This document shows positions 40,366 to 50,228 of a stretch of DNA of 64,000 nt, in pieces (within the stretch, counting starts at the first letter, position 1; every line of letters begins with the position of its first letter). The position numbers and the translations under genes are program-made. This DNA comes from Bacteroidota bacterium (lineage in GTDB: Bacteria > Bacteroidota > Bacteroidia > Bacteroidales > PUMT01). Where the stretch lies: the NCBI GenBank assembly GCA_037446695.1, contig JBBIHY010000001.1:213235-277234 (forward strand), in the 5' to 3' direction. The notes under the pieces are model-generated. The model searched no databases. It had not been told where the DNA came from and saw only the letters and a list, made by a program, of their open reading frames with translations.

Positions 40366-40941
40366 ATGATCCGTCCGGCTTTTGCCATTTGTCTGCTGTT
40401 TTCTTCCCTTGTTTATGGCCTTGCACAGGAAACCAGTGTTGTGATTCAGCCCGATTCGCCCATCAGGAAAAAGGTGATTCCGCATAAAGCAAGTATGTAC
40501 TCTGCTGTACTACCAGGGCTTGGGCAGGCCTATAACGGTAAGTACTGGAAGATACCAATTATTTATGGGGGTTTTACCGGACTGGGAGCTATGGTGGTTT
40601 TTTATGACAAAGGTTATGTGAGGTACCGCACTGCTTTTCATTACAGGACAGACGGAAACCCTGTTACAATTGATGAATTTGCCGATGATCCCCGCTACAC
40701 GCCTGAAATTCTCACCTCATTCAAGGACTTTTACAGACGACAGCGTGACCAGTCCATCATTTTCATGTTCGCCTTTTATGCCCTCAACATTATCGACGCC
40801 ACAGTAGATGCTCACTTTCTTAATTTTAATGTAAGCGAAGACCTGTCTTTTCGCCTGGAACCAGCCGGAGAACCATTTCTGGCGGAATCTTTTTACCAAA
40901 ACCAGAATACCATAGGACTTCGCTGGAGCATTAAATTCTAG
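40366..40941 (+). CDS. DUF5683-like membrane protein conserved downstream of parB in Bacteroidota
   Basis: Has SAVLPGLGQAYNGKYWKIPIIYGGF. The start was chosen at MIRPAFAICLLF; the track ORF starts at 40318. Confidence 0.55.
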   Translation: MIRPAFAICLLFSSLVYGLAQETSVVIQPDSPIRKKVIPHKASMYSAVLPGLGQAYNGKYWKIPIIYGGFTGLGAMVVFYDKGYVRYRTAFHYRTDGNPVTIDEFADDPRYTPEILTSFKDFYRRQRDQSIIFMFAFYALNIIDATVDAHFLNFNVSEDLSFRLEPAGEPFLAESFYQNQNTIGLRWSIKF

Positions 40942-41047
40942 GATTCGGTATACTTTCCAATTGTAATTGAAGTTTATTTATCAATATTGAAATTCTTTTG
41001 TAAAAATTTCATGATTTGTTTTTTATATTTCGGAAAATTTTAAAAAA

Positions 41048-42628
41048 ATGAAAGCCATTGGTTTACTTATAATTACCCTGTTTATTTCCTTTGTAACATT
41101 AAGTGCTTCAAATTATAGTCCTGAAAAAGACACCATTGTGATTCTCAGGTCAGAACCGGTGGATTTTAATTTTGAAAGCAACCTGGATAGCCTGCTTAAC
41201 CTCTGGTATGTAAGACAATCGATAGATGCAAATACCGCCCGCAGGCCGGCCGAACCGGTGGAGAGTTACCCTGATTTCTCTGACTCAGTATATCTCGACC
41301 GTCTCAGTCGTATTCCTACAGTATTTGACCTGTCGTACAACCGCATTGTAAAAAACTACATTGATGTTTATACCAAGCGTAAACGCAACCAGATGGAGAT
41401 AATGCTGGGACTCACGGATTATTATTTTCCTATTTTTGAAGAGATTCTTGACATGTATAACATGCCCACAGAACTGAAATATCTTGCGGTTGTTGAATCG
41501 GCCCTTAACCCGCGCGCAGTTTCCAGGGCAGGGGCAACCGGTATCTGGCAGTTTATGTATGGTACAGCCCGTATGTATGGACTCACTATGAATTCCTTTG
41601 TTGATGAAAGGCGCGACCCGGTGCGTGCCACACATGCCGCAGCCATGTACCTCAAGGATCTCTATAATATTTATAATGACTGGACCCTGGCAATTGCAGC
41701 CTATAACTGCGGGCCGGGAAATGTTAACAAAGCCATCAGACGGGCAGGAGGTAAAAGAAATTACTGGGACATTTATTACTTTCTTCCCCGAGAAACAAGG
41801 GGATATGTGCCTGCCTACATTGCTGCTACCTATGCCATGCACTTTTATAATGAGCATAATTTGTCCCCACGTACAATCAACATGCCTTTGTTCACTGATA
41901 CCATTAGGGTGAACAGACAATTACACCTTTCTCAGGTAGCCGGGGTGCTGGGAGTAGATTTGCAATTGCTCAGGGATATCAATCCGCAGTATCGCAGGGA
42001 TATTATTCCCGGTAACAGCCAGAATTTTGCCCTGGCCCTCCCAATGGAGTTTGTTGGTCCGTTTATTGATCTGGAAGACTCCATTTATGCCTACAGGTCA
42101 AATGAATTCTTTAACCCGGAGATGATGACCATCGCCCCTTCCAGGGCTACTTTTACCGCCGACACCCCCGCAGGACACATCAGACTTACCTATACAGTGA
42201 AATCGGGCGATAACCTCGGTCATATTGCCGAATGGTACCGTGTAAGAATAGCCGATTTACGATATTGGAACAATATTACCGGAAACCTGATAAGGGTAAA
42301 TCAGAGGCTGGTAGTTTACGTACCTTCCGGAAGAGCTGATGTTTTCAGGGAGGTGAACAATATGAGTTTCTCAGAAAAACAGGAATTCGTGCGAAGGGGA
42401 TATACACTTTCAATAAATCGCACATCCTCATCAGGTGCGCAGACAGCCACTGAAGCATATACCGGAGACTATATTTATTACCGCGTGCGGCAGGGAGATA
42501 CCCTTTGGGAAATTTCGAGAAAGTTCCCAGGTGTGTCGCAAGACGATATTTTACGACTGAATAACCTATCCAACGCGAACAGGATATATCCGGGACAGCA
42601 ACTGAAGATTATGCCGAAGGAGGGATAA
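41048..42628 (+). CDS. mltD: membrane-bound lytic murein transglycosylase D-like, with LysM domains
   Basis: SLT catalytic region ESALNPRAVSRAGATGIWQFM and AAYNCGPGNV. There are two C-terminal LysM repeats (YTVKSGDNLGHIAEWY, YRVRQGDTLWEISRKF). Confidence 0.85.
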   Translation: MKAIGLLIITLFISFVTLSASNYSPEKDTIVILRSEPVDFNFESNLDSLLNLWYVRQSIDANTARRPAEPVESYPDFSDSVYLDRLSRIPTVFDLSYNRIVKNYIDVYTKRKRNQMEIMLGLTDYYFPIFEEILDMYNMPTELKYLAVVESALNPRAVSRAGATGIWQFMYGTARMYGLTMNSFVDERRDPVRATHAAAMYLKDLYNIYNDWTLAIAAYNCGPGNVNKAIRRAGGKRNYWDIYYFLPRETRGYVPAYIAATYAMHFYNEHNLSPRTINMPLFTDTIRVNRQLHLSQVAGVLGVDLQLLRDINPQYRRDIIPGNSQNFALALPMEFVGPFIDLEDSIYAYRSNEFFNPEMMTIAPSRATFTADTPAGHIRLTYTVKSGDNLGHIAEWYRVRIADLRYWNNITGNLIRVNQRLVVYVPSGRADVFREVNNMSFSEKQEFVRRGYTLSINRTSSSGAQTATEAYTGDYIYYRVRQGDTLWEISRKFPGVSQDDILRLNNLSNANRIYPGQQLKIMPKEG

Positions 42629-42670
42629 ACCCTTTCCTGTGCTGTCAGGGTAGGTAATACCTTTATCTCA

Positions 42671-42783
42671 GATGAAACGAACATGTTTGTGAATAAACAC
42701 AAACATTAATGAAAATAGCAAACATGGAGTTCCCTGCCCGCCGGCAGGCAGGCATCCGGCCTTAATCAAAAAATTAATTACGG
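42671..42783 (+). repeat. intergenic hairpin repeat family, locus C (diverged)
   Basis: gatgaaacgaacatgtttg...cacaaaca...caaacatggagttcc + ctgcccgccggcaggcaggc + atccggcctt..aattaattacgg. It ends at ATG 42784. Confidence 0.65.
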
Positions 42784-44295
42784 ATGAAAGACAGGTATAC
42801 TTCCCCTTTTCGATTGTTTCTTTATTTGCTCAGTATTCTTGTCATTCTGTTCATTGCTGCTTATTTCCTGCCGCCAGTTCTCGATCCTGGGTTCAACTTT
42901 ACATTAAGGATACCTCAATACAGTCAGCTAATGAATGACCTTCGCAGAGAAGGTCTTCAATCATCTCAACCGGTATTATTGGCTAAGATCGAAAAGGATT
43001 TTTCTCATTTCCAGCCTCTGCATCCTGAACAGGTAGAAGAGTTCTTCCCTGGAAGACCGGACACCCTTAAGTTTGAAATTCCTGTGATACCTTATACTGA
43101 TGCTGGCAAGCTCAGGGCAAGTGTTTTCAGGATTCAGTATGGCAGTGGCTTTTTGCAGAACTTACATCATTTTTTCTCAAAACTGTCGGGGTTACAGAAT
43201 AACAGAATGGTTTTGCGTGTGCTTCACTACGGAGATTCTCAGATTGAAGGTGACAGGATAACAGCTGAACTGAGGAACCAGATGCAGAACAAATTCGGAG
43301 GCATGGGACCGGGACTGATTTCCATTGTACCCCCAATGCGGCAACATACCAGTTACAGGTTAAATTATTCGGGAAACTGGAACCGGTATTCCTTTCAGCC
43401 TAGTGAATTGTTACACAATCGATGGGGTCTTTTGTTTTCAGTTGCAAGGTATACCATGCCGGGGGAGTTGGATGAAAGTGAGCCTGAAGCAAGTTTTTCC
43501 ATACAGGCGCGTGCAGCCGGATATGCTTCCACCAGGAGATTTCGAAGGGCAGTAATTTTCTTTGGGTACCACGAGTCTCCTCTCTATGTGGAACTCAGCA
43601 TAAACAACAAGGTGCTGGAAGCGGATATTTTTCCTCCGGAAAATAATCTTAAGGTGATGCAGTATGCATGGAGGGATCCGGTGGCAGGTTTTACCGTGAA
43701 AATGAAAGGCAGGCATAGCCCTGATATATATGCCATTGCACTCGATGATAGCTGGGGTGTGGCAGTAGATAATATTCCGCTTAGGGGTAGTAGTGGTCTG
43801 GAATTCACTCAAAGTGATACTGCCTTTCTGCGAAAAATGTTTGGTGAATGCAACACAGGTCTGATTCTGCTGCAGTTTGGGGTAAATGTAGTACCGCACA
43901 TTGTGAGTGATTACACATACTATGAAGTCTCACTTCGCAGGCAATTACAACTGTTAAAGAAAATCAACCCCGGAGTACCAGTCATTGTGCTGGGCGTTTC
44001 CGATATGTCTATGATGGCCGATGGAGTGTACCGCAGTTATCCGAATATTGAACTGATCCGTGATGCACAGAAAAATGCAGCTTTTGCTGCCGGTTGCGGA
44101 TTCTGGGATACATACGAGGCCATGGGTGGTGAGAATTCCATGGCAGCATGGGCATTCGCCGATCCACCACTTGCCCAAAAGGATTTTACGCATTTCAGTT
44201 ACCAGGGCAGCAGGCTCATAGGACAAATGTTCTGGAATGCCCTTATAAGCGAATATGAGAATTTTGAAAACCTGAAAAAGCAGGATACACCATAA
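42784..44295 (+). CDS. SGNH/GDSL-like hydrolase or O-acetyltransferase family protein with an N-terminal TM anchor
   Basis: Block I VLHYGDSQIEGDR and block V-like QKDFTHFS (DxxH). It is paired with the downstream MBOAT gene. Confidence 0.55.
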   Translation: MKDRYTSPFRLFLYLLSILVILFIAAYFLPPVLDPGFNFTLRIPQYSQLMNDLRREGLQSSQPVLLAKIEKDFSHFQPLHPEQVEEFFPGRPDTLKFEIPVIPYTDAGKLRASVFRIQYGSGFLQNLHHFFSKLSGLQNNRMVLRVLHYGDSQIEGDRITAELRNQMQNKFGGMGPGLISIVPPMRQHTSYRLNYSGNWNRYSFQPSELLHNRWGLLFSVARYTMPGELDESEPEASFSIQARAAGYASTRRFRRAVIFFGYHESPLYVELSINNKVLEADIFPPENNLKVMQYAWRDPVAGFTVKMKGRHSPDIYAIALDDSWGVAVDNIPLRGSSGLEFTQSDTAFLRKMFGECNTGLILLQFGVNVVPHIVSDYTYYEVSLRRQLQLLKKINPGVPVIVLGVSDMSMMADGVYRSYPNIELIRDAQKNAAFAAGCGFWDTYEAMGGENSMAAWAFADPPLAQKDFTHFSYQGSRLIGQMFWNALISEYENFENLKKQDTP

Positions 44296-44302
44296 ATCAG
44301 TC

Positions 44303-45835
44303 ATGGAATTTTTACCCAAAATACTAACCTATTCTGAACAATCTCCTATGTTGTTTACCAGGTTGATTTTCTGGTTGTTCTTTTTTTTCATCCTGCTGGG
44401 TTATTTTATTGTTTACCGTGGCAGAGTTTTAAGATGCACTTACCTATTTCTGGTAAGTTTGTACTTCTATTACCTTTCGGGAGGGTACTTTTTCTTCCTG
44501 CTTGTTTTTTCAACCATTACAGATTTCTTCCTAGGACAGGCAATTTATGGCGTATACAAAAGGTTCTGGCAAAAAACCTTTGTCTCCTTAAGCGTTATTA
44601 TCAACCTGTCTTTACTTTCTTATTTCAAATACTCATATTTTATTGCTGACAGCATTAATTGCCTTACCGGATGGGAGTTCCATGTATTCGATTTTCTTGC
44701 TCACTGGAGCAACCAGTTAACAGGATCTGATTTCAGTGTAAACAGGATAATACTTCCTGTGGGTATTTCTTTTTATACCTTCCAGACAATCAGTTATACA
44801 GTGGATGTATACCGGAATAAGATAAAACCGGTGACAAATATTATTGATTTTGGCTTTTATGTGTCTTTCTTTCCACAGCTTGTTGCAGGTCCCATTGTTC
44901 GTGCCGCTGAATTTGTGCCGCAGATTTACCAGAAATACAAGCTACTCTGGAGAGAAGCCTGGCATGCCGTGTTTCTAATTCTTAACGGACTGGTGAAAAA
45001 GATGGTAATATCCGATTACATCTCGGTAAATTTTGTTGACAGGGTATTTGAAAATCCACTTGCTTATACCGGTTTCGAAAACCTGATGGCTGTGTATGGA
45101 TATTCTATACAGATTTACTGCGATTTCTCAGGCTATACCGACATAGCCATAGGTGTTGCATTATTGCTTGGATTCCGATTGCCCATTAATTTCAATTCAC
45201 CGTACAAGGCAACCAGCATTACCGACTTCTGGCGGCGCTGGCATATATCCCTTTCATCCTGGTTGCGCGATTACCTGTATATACCCCTTGGCGGAAACCG
45301 CAAGGGTGTGTCACGAACTTATTTGCACCTTTTTATCACCATGCTGCTGGGCGGACTATGGCACGGTGCCAGCCTACGATATGTTATCTGGGGAGGAATT
45401 CACGGCCTTGGCCTTGCCATACACAAGGGATGGAATGCCCTATGGAAAAACAGCTCCTGGATAGGTGGCAGGTATTATCCACGAAGGTTAATCAAAATCC
45501 TCTCCCTTTTTTTCACTTTTCACTTTGTTACCCTTGCCTGGATATTTTTCAGGGCGCCCGATTTTGAGCATGCCGGGCACATGTTTGGTCAGATATTCAA
45601 TTATTTTGGGTTTCAGCAGGTAGTTGCCATGTTAAAGGCTTACATCGGAATTTTTACCCTCATGCTGGCAGGATTTGTCATTCACTGGCTGCCAGATCGC
45701 ATGAAGGAACTTTATCGGGGAGTATTTATCAGGATGAATGTAGTGATTAAACTACTTGTTATTTTATTATTGCTGTTGTTCATTTACCAGTTTCAAACAG
45801 CAGAAATTCAACCCTTCATTTATTTTCAGTTTTAA
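44303..45835 (+). CDS. MBOAT-family O-acyltransferase (AlgI/PatA/DltB-like)
   Basis: 510-aa polytopic protein with FWRRWHISLSSWLRDYLYIPLGGNR and GLWHGAS, which contains the conserved His. Confidence 0.88.
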   Translation: MEFLPKILTYSEQSPMLFTRLIFWLFFFFILLGYFIVYRGRVLRCTYLFLVSLYFYYLSGGYFFFLLVFSTITDFFLGQAIYGVYKRFWQKTFVSLSVIINLSLLSYFKYSYFIADSINCLTGWEFHVFDFLAHWSNQLTGSDFSVNRIILPVGISFYTFQTISYTVDVYRNKIKPVTNIIDFGFYVSFFPQLVAGPIVRAAEFVPQIYQKYKLLWREAWHAVFLILNGLVKKMVISDYISVNFVDRVFENPLAYTGFENLMAVYGYSIQIYCDFSGYTDIAIGVALLLGFRLPINFNSPYKATSITDFWRRWHISLSSWLRDYLYIPLGGNRKGVSRTYLHLFITMLLGGLWHGASLRYVIWGGIHGLGLAIHKGWNALWKNSSWIGGRYYPRRLIKILSLFFTFHFVTLAWIFFRAPDFEHAGHMFGQIFNYFGFQQVVAMLKAYIGIFTLMLAGFVIHWLPDRMKELYRGVFIRMNVVIKLLVILLLLLFIYQFQTAEIQPFIYFQF

Positions 45836-45959
45836 ATTCAAATTTAATAACTTTAGTTCGTTTAAGTACATAAGATTGATTTAAACCGGGTGCCTGAATG
45901 GCAGGCAATTTGTGATAAAGATTGCATTAGATTCAGCATATCAAATAAATATATAATCC

Positions 45960-46553
45960 ATGAAATACATAACCAGTTTTATTTTGTCCTGCTTTTTGCT
46001 TTCTGTCTCAACGGGGAGGGCAGAGGGAACCTTTTCTTCTGCAGATGAACCTGTGGCTCTTTTAATCATAGACATTCAGGAGTTTTACTTTGAAACCGGC
46101 CGTGGCCCGCTGGAAGGAGCACAGGAAGCCAGCCTTGTAGCCAAAAGGACATTGGAGAATTTTCGCAGCAGGGCCCTGCCCGTGATCCATGTGATGCATC
46201 ACACCGGGGGTGACATTCACGAAAATGTTGAACCTGTTGATGGTGAGAAGGTGATAGTGAAACGCTTTGTCAATTCTTTCCGTGAGACCGATTTATTGGA
46301 ATACCTGCAGCAGAAAGGCATTAAAAAACTGGTAATCATGGGTATGATGACCCATATGTGCCTGGAAGCAGCCACCAGGGCTGCTGCCGATTATGGTTTT
46401 TCATGTACCGTGATTCACGATGCGTGTGCTACAAGAGATGTGCGTTTTGGAGGGGAAATTATAAAAGCCAGAGATGTTCACCTGGCCACCCTGAGTGCAC
46501 TCACAGCCTACGCCAGGGTAATCAGCGCTGAGGAGTTTTTGAAGGAATTCTGA
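45960..46553 (+). CDS. isochorismatase-family cysteine hydrolase with a signal peptide
   Basis: Has LLIIDIQEFYF, the catalytic Cys context MGMMTHMCLEA, and a Lys in VIVKRFVNSF. Confidence 0.8.
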   Translation: MKYITSFILSCFLLSVSTGRAEGTFSSADEPVALLIIDIQEFYFETGRGPLEGAQEASLVAKRTLENFRSRALPVIHVMHHTGGDIHENVEPVDGEKVIVKRFVNSFRETDLLEYLQQKGIKKLVIMGMMTHMCLEAATRAAADYGFSCTVIHDACATRDVRFGGEIIKARDVHLATLSALTAYARVISAEEFLKEF

Positions 46554-46595
46554 TTGATTTTGGTTATGAGCTGAAGGGCCAGCTAATTTTATTAA

Positions 46596-47825
46596 CTATA
46601 AATAACTCTCCGAAGAAATCTTTCCTCTGGTGAAAGGAGCGATGGCTCTTTCATAGATACCCTGCACATAGGCAATGGCCATACCGTAGTTTGTCACTGG
46701 GACACCGGCTTCAATGGCGGGTCGCAGGCGGTTGTATATCTGCTTGCGTGTAATTACACATCCTCCGCACTGCACCAGCAGGGCATAATCCTTCATATTA
46801 CACGGGAGCCGGTCCAGTCCTGTCACAACCTCAAAATTAAGTTTCTTTCCTGTGAAATTTGAGATCCACCTGGGGATTTTGATCCTACCAATATCGTCAC
46901 AGGAAACATGGTGTGTGCAGGATTCCAGTATCAAAACTTTGTCGCCGTCCTTCAATTCCGAAATTTTTGGTGTTCCCTTCAAATAGCTATCAAAATCCCC
47001 CTTGAATCGTGCCAGGATGATGCTGAAACTGGTAAGGGGGATGTCCCTTGGAATCGAAGCATCGGCCTTTGTAAAAATCTGGCTGTCGGTTATGGCCAGT
47101 TTGGGCTTGATTTTGGTTTTTCGCAAAAAGGCATCCACTTCCTTTTCCTTCAGAACAATGGCCACGCAGTCATTGTCCAAGATGTCGCGAATGGCTTGCA
47201 CCTGCGGCAGTATGAGCCTTCCTGCCGGAGCCTGTACATCAATGGGGGTTATCAGCAGAACAATATCTCCATACGAAAGCAGGTCACCAATCAGCGAGGG
47301 GGTTTTATAGGAAGCTTCCGGAATGGTTTTCTGAATCAGTTGTAATAGGTCCTCCAGGTTCTGTGGATATTTTGCAGAAAAAGTAAGCAGGTCTTTGCCG
47401 GTTTCTCTTTTTATCATTCTGGCGGTTTCTGGATTGGGCGGCAGCAGATCACTCTTATTGTGAAGAATGATAAACGGTGTATCGGTCTCGTGGAATTTCT
47501 TTACCAGGTCGCGTTCAAAATCATCAAAACGGTTGGCAGCAATAACAAGTATTGCCAGGTCCGACTGGTTAATAGCATCCAGGGATTTTCGAATCCGTTT
47601 CTCTCCAAGAACACCATGGTCATCAATACCAGCTGTGTCTATGAGGATAACCGGGCCAAAGCCGGTAATCTCAAGGGATTTTTTCACAGGATCGGTGGTG
47701 GTTCCGGGAATTTCAGAGACAATGGCTATTTCCTGCCCTGCAAGCACATTGATGAGTGAACTTTTGCCATTGTTCCTGCGTCCAAAAATACCTATATGCG
47801 GTTTGCTGTCTTTTCCCCTGCTCAT
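46596..47825 (-). CDS. hydF: [FeFe]-hydrogenase H-cluster maturation GTPase HydF
   Basis: GTPase motifs G1 GRRNNGKSS, G3 DTAG and G4 NKSD. The C-terminal cluster motif is CTH-x46-QCGGC. The start was chosen at MSRGKDSKPHIGIFG; the track ORF extends to 47894. Confidence 0.8.
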   Translation of the reverse strand: MSRGKDSKPHIGIFGRRNNGKSSLINVLAGQEIAIVSEIPGTTTDPVKKSLEITGFGPVILIDTAGIDDHGVLGEKRIRKSLDAINQSDLAILVIAANRFDDFERDLVKKFHETDTPFIILHNKSDLLPPNPETARMIKRETGKDLLTFSAKYPQNLEDLLQLIQKTIPEASYKTPSLIGDLLSYGDIVLLITPIDVQAPAGRLILPQVQAIRDILDNDCVAIVLKEKEVDAFLRKTKIKPKLAITDSQIFTKADASIPRDIPLTSFSIILARFKGDFDSYLKGTPKISELKDGDKVLILESCTHHVSCDDIGRIKIPRWISNFTGKKLNFEVVTGLDRLPCNMKDYALLVQCGGCVITRKQIYNRLRPAIEAGVPVTNYGMAIAYVQGIYERAIAPFTRGKISSESYL

Positions 47826-47917
47826 AAGATGTATATTGAATTGTAAATTTAATGTTTTTTTAACGCTGGAATCTATCCTATATGACGAATTCATTGGGGG
47901 AAACAGCTTTTTTTGTT

Positions 47918-48912
47918 ATATGATTATCCGTAATTGTACCTAAATTTTCCATACCAAGTATCTTCAACTAGAAGTCTATCAAACAGGTTCACTCTAAAAT
48001 ATCGTCTATTTGTTTTAGAGCAAAATTCGTCCAAGTAGTTTTGTAGGTATTCGTTCTTTGTTTGATGGTTTATACCAGGCAGAGCCAACTTCGCATTACT
48101 TATCATCGTATGAACCCACGGCAGAGCCCTGGATGCCTCTTTCGGTGGAACAATCTTTTTTATGTGCTTTGCGCTCACCTCTTTAATCCGGCTTAACCCT
48201 CGCCAGCCATAGCTCTTAATGGTGACAACGGGGGTTGCGTACGCCGAGAGGGTATAGTTTATGGTGGTGGCTTAGGAGTTGGGAATGGCAACCATTCTGA
48301 CCTACCGAAAGGCGGATGGCTTTTTGTGTTTCTTCGGTCGCCCTCTCCTGGGGTCAACTTTGGCCATAACCAGCACCGTGCTTTGCTCCTGGCTCCCACG
48401 GCCACGCCTGGTGGGTTCATCAGAGGAATCGTCGCTGTGCGTTTTGAAGATTGCATCATCCAGCTCCACTACGCCTTCCATATCGTACTGGTCATCCCTT
48501 ATCCCCATGATGGCTCTGATTTTATGCATCCTCGCCCATATGAGCTCATAACGGTTATAGCCCAGTTGGGCGTTGCACATCTTTGGCTGAAATACCCTTC
48601 TTGGTCATAGACATTAGGTAGATTGTGTATAGCCAGTAATGAAAAGGCAGTTTTGAGGACTCCATTACTGTTCCGCTCCGCAACGTAGTTCGGTAGCCAC
48701 ACTTCTTGCAGTCGTGTGACCTGTGAGCCTTATCCAATAGTGCGAAGTATGACCGCATCGTGCGCAAAAAATGCCTTTTTTCTCTTTTACTTTCCTGAAA
48801 TGAAGTATGCAGCTTTCTTCATCAGGATACTCTTTGACAAAATCTATAAATTTCATTTTCAATAATTTGTATACAAATAAAATAATTATGGAACATTAGT
48901 GGATAATCATAT
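47918..48912 (-). mobile_element. degenerate IS1595-family insertion sequence (zinc-ribbon type transposase), about 1 kb
   Basis: Perfect 12-nt inverted repeats atatgattatcc (47918-47929) / ggataatcatat (48901-48912). The transposase is spread over at least 4 frame pieces: 48862-48665 (Zn ribbon CARCGH), 48767-48555 (CKKCGYRTTLRSGTVMESSKLPF), 48580-48302 (RGRGS) and 48178-47924 (LPWVHTMISNAK, YLDEF). Confidence 0.8.
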
Positions 48913-48936
48913 TATTTGAAATAGGAAAAAACCACA

Positions 48937-49392
48937 ATCACGGAAAGAAGAATTTTCCTGAAAAACAGCTTATCAGCAGGTATTTTACTGGTTATTCCCC
49001 TGTAGAATTCATCATGCGAGAAAGAAGAAGAAACCGGAAGTCCCGGCGGCAGTATTCCTCCGGGTGGAAACCTGATGATTGACCCGGGACAGCCTACCTT
49101 TCCGGCTTTAAACAATGCAGATGGGTTTGTTTTAACCAGTGGTATAATTATCGCCAATACAACTTCGGGTTATGTGACTTTGTCAGGCACTTGTACACAC
49201 CAGGGAATTACAGTTTCATACCTGAGTTTCAATAATACTTTTACCTGCCCATTTCACGGATCAGTATTCTCCGCTGCAGGTTCTGTCCTCAATGGCCCGG
49301 CATCTTCACCCTTAAGAAGAAAAACTGTTGCAAAAGAGGAAAATATTCTTACAATTTCTAACAATGAAGACCAGAATATTTATGCCCGTTGA
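48937..49392 (+). pseudogene. Rieske [2Fe-2S] protein with Tat signal and lipobox, interrupted by TAG and lacking an ATG
   Basis: Frame 1 reads I-T-E-RR-I-F-L-K-NSLSAGILLVIPL-TAG(49003)-NSSCEKEE... and continues into track ORF 49075-49392, which carries the Rieske ligands CTHQG and CPFHGS. The expected start position is ATC. Confidence 0.65.
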
Positions 49393-49495
49393 GGTTTTTT
49401 CATTTTTTGTTCAGGTTCACTGCCGATAGCCTGTTCTGAAGTTTTATTTAAGGCAAATAAATACTACATTCGTTCCCTGAAAGATTCGAAATCCC

Positions 49496-50224
49496 ATGCC
49501 TTTTAAACTCTCCATTGTCATTCCTGCCTTCAATGAAGAAAAAACCATTCTTTCCCTGCTGAGTAAAGTGGCCGGAGTTCAACTGGACGAAATTGAAAAG
49601 GAGATAATTGTGGTGAACGACTGTTCCGGGGATAATACATCTGCACTGGTGGAGAAATTCGCCAAAAATAACCCGGTGAATTTACAGCTGTTTCACCAGC
49701 CACGCAACATGGGGAAAGGGGCAGCCCTGCACAGGGGAATAAAGGAGGCCACAGGCGATTTTATTGTCATCCAGGATGCCGATTTGGAATATGATCCCAG
49801 TGAATATCATGTGCTTCTGAAGCCCATATTGGAAGGTTTTGCCGATGTGGTATATGGTTCCAGGTTTATGGGCTCAAAACCCCACAGAGTTTTGTTTTTC
49901 TGGCATACCATTGGAAACAGGTTTCTTACCTGGCTTTCTAACCTGTTTACCAACCTGAATCTAACCGATATGGAGACCTGCTACAAATTATTCAGGGCTG
50001 ACATTATTAAGAATATTTACCTGAAGGAAAAACGTTTTGGATTTGAACCGGAAGTGACTGCTAAAATATCCAGGATAAAGGAAATACGCATTTATGAGGT
50101 GTGCATTTCCTATTACGGGAGAACCTATGCTGAAGGCAAGAAGATTAACTGGAAAGACGGATTCAGAGCCATCTATTGCATTCTGAAATACAATCTTTTT
50201 TGCAGAAGATACCTCATTAATTAG
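49496..50224 (+). CDS. family-2 glycosyltransferase (polyprenol-phosphate sugar synthase-like, Dpm1/ArnC type)
   Basis: 242 aa with [20 protein letters not shown] and [10 protein letters not shown] (the DxD motif). Confidence 0.88.
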   Translation: MPFKLSIVIPAFNEEKTILSLLSKVAGVQLDEIEKEIIVVNDCSGDNTSALVEKFAKNNPVNLQLFHQPRNMGKGAALHRGIKEATGDFIVIQDADLEYDPSEYHVLLKPILEGFADVVYGSRFMGSKPHRVLFFWHTIGNRFLTWLSNLFTNLNLTDMETCYKLFRADIIKNIYLKEKRFGFEPEVTAKISRIKEIRIYEVCISYYGRTYAEGKKINWKDGFRAIYCILKYNLFCRRYLIN

Positions 50225-50228
50225 AAAA

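Noticed and set aside
2815-49005. In-frame TAG (2815, 49003), TAA (3049) and TGA (29348) as possible stop-codon reassignment, selenocysteine or pyrrolysine
   Set aside because: All three stop codons terminate the many intact housekeeping genes in this window. The interrupted genes also carry frameshifts or start loss, so ordinary pseudogenisation explains them.
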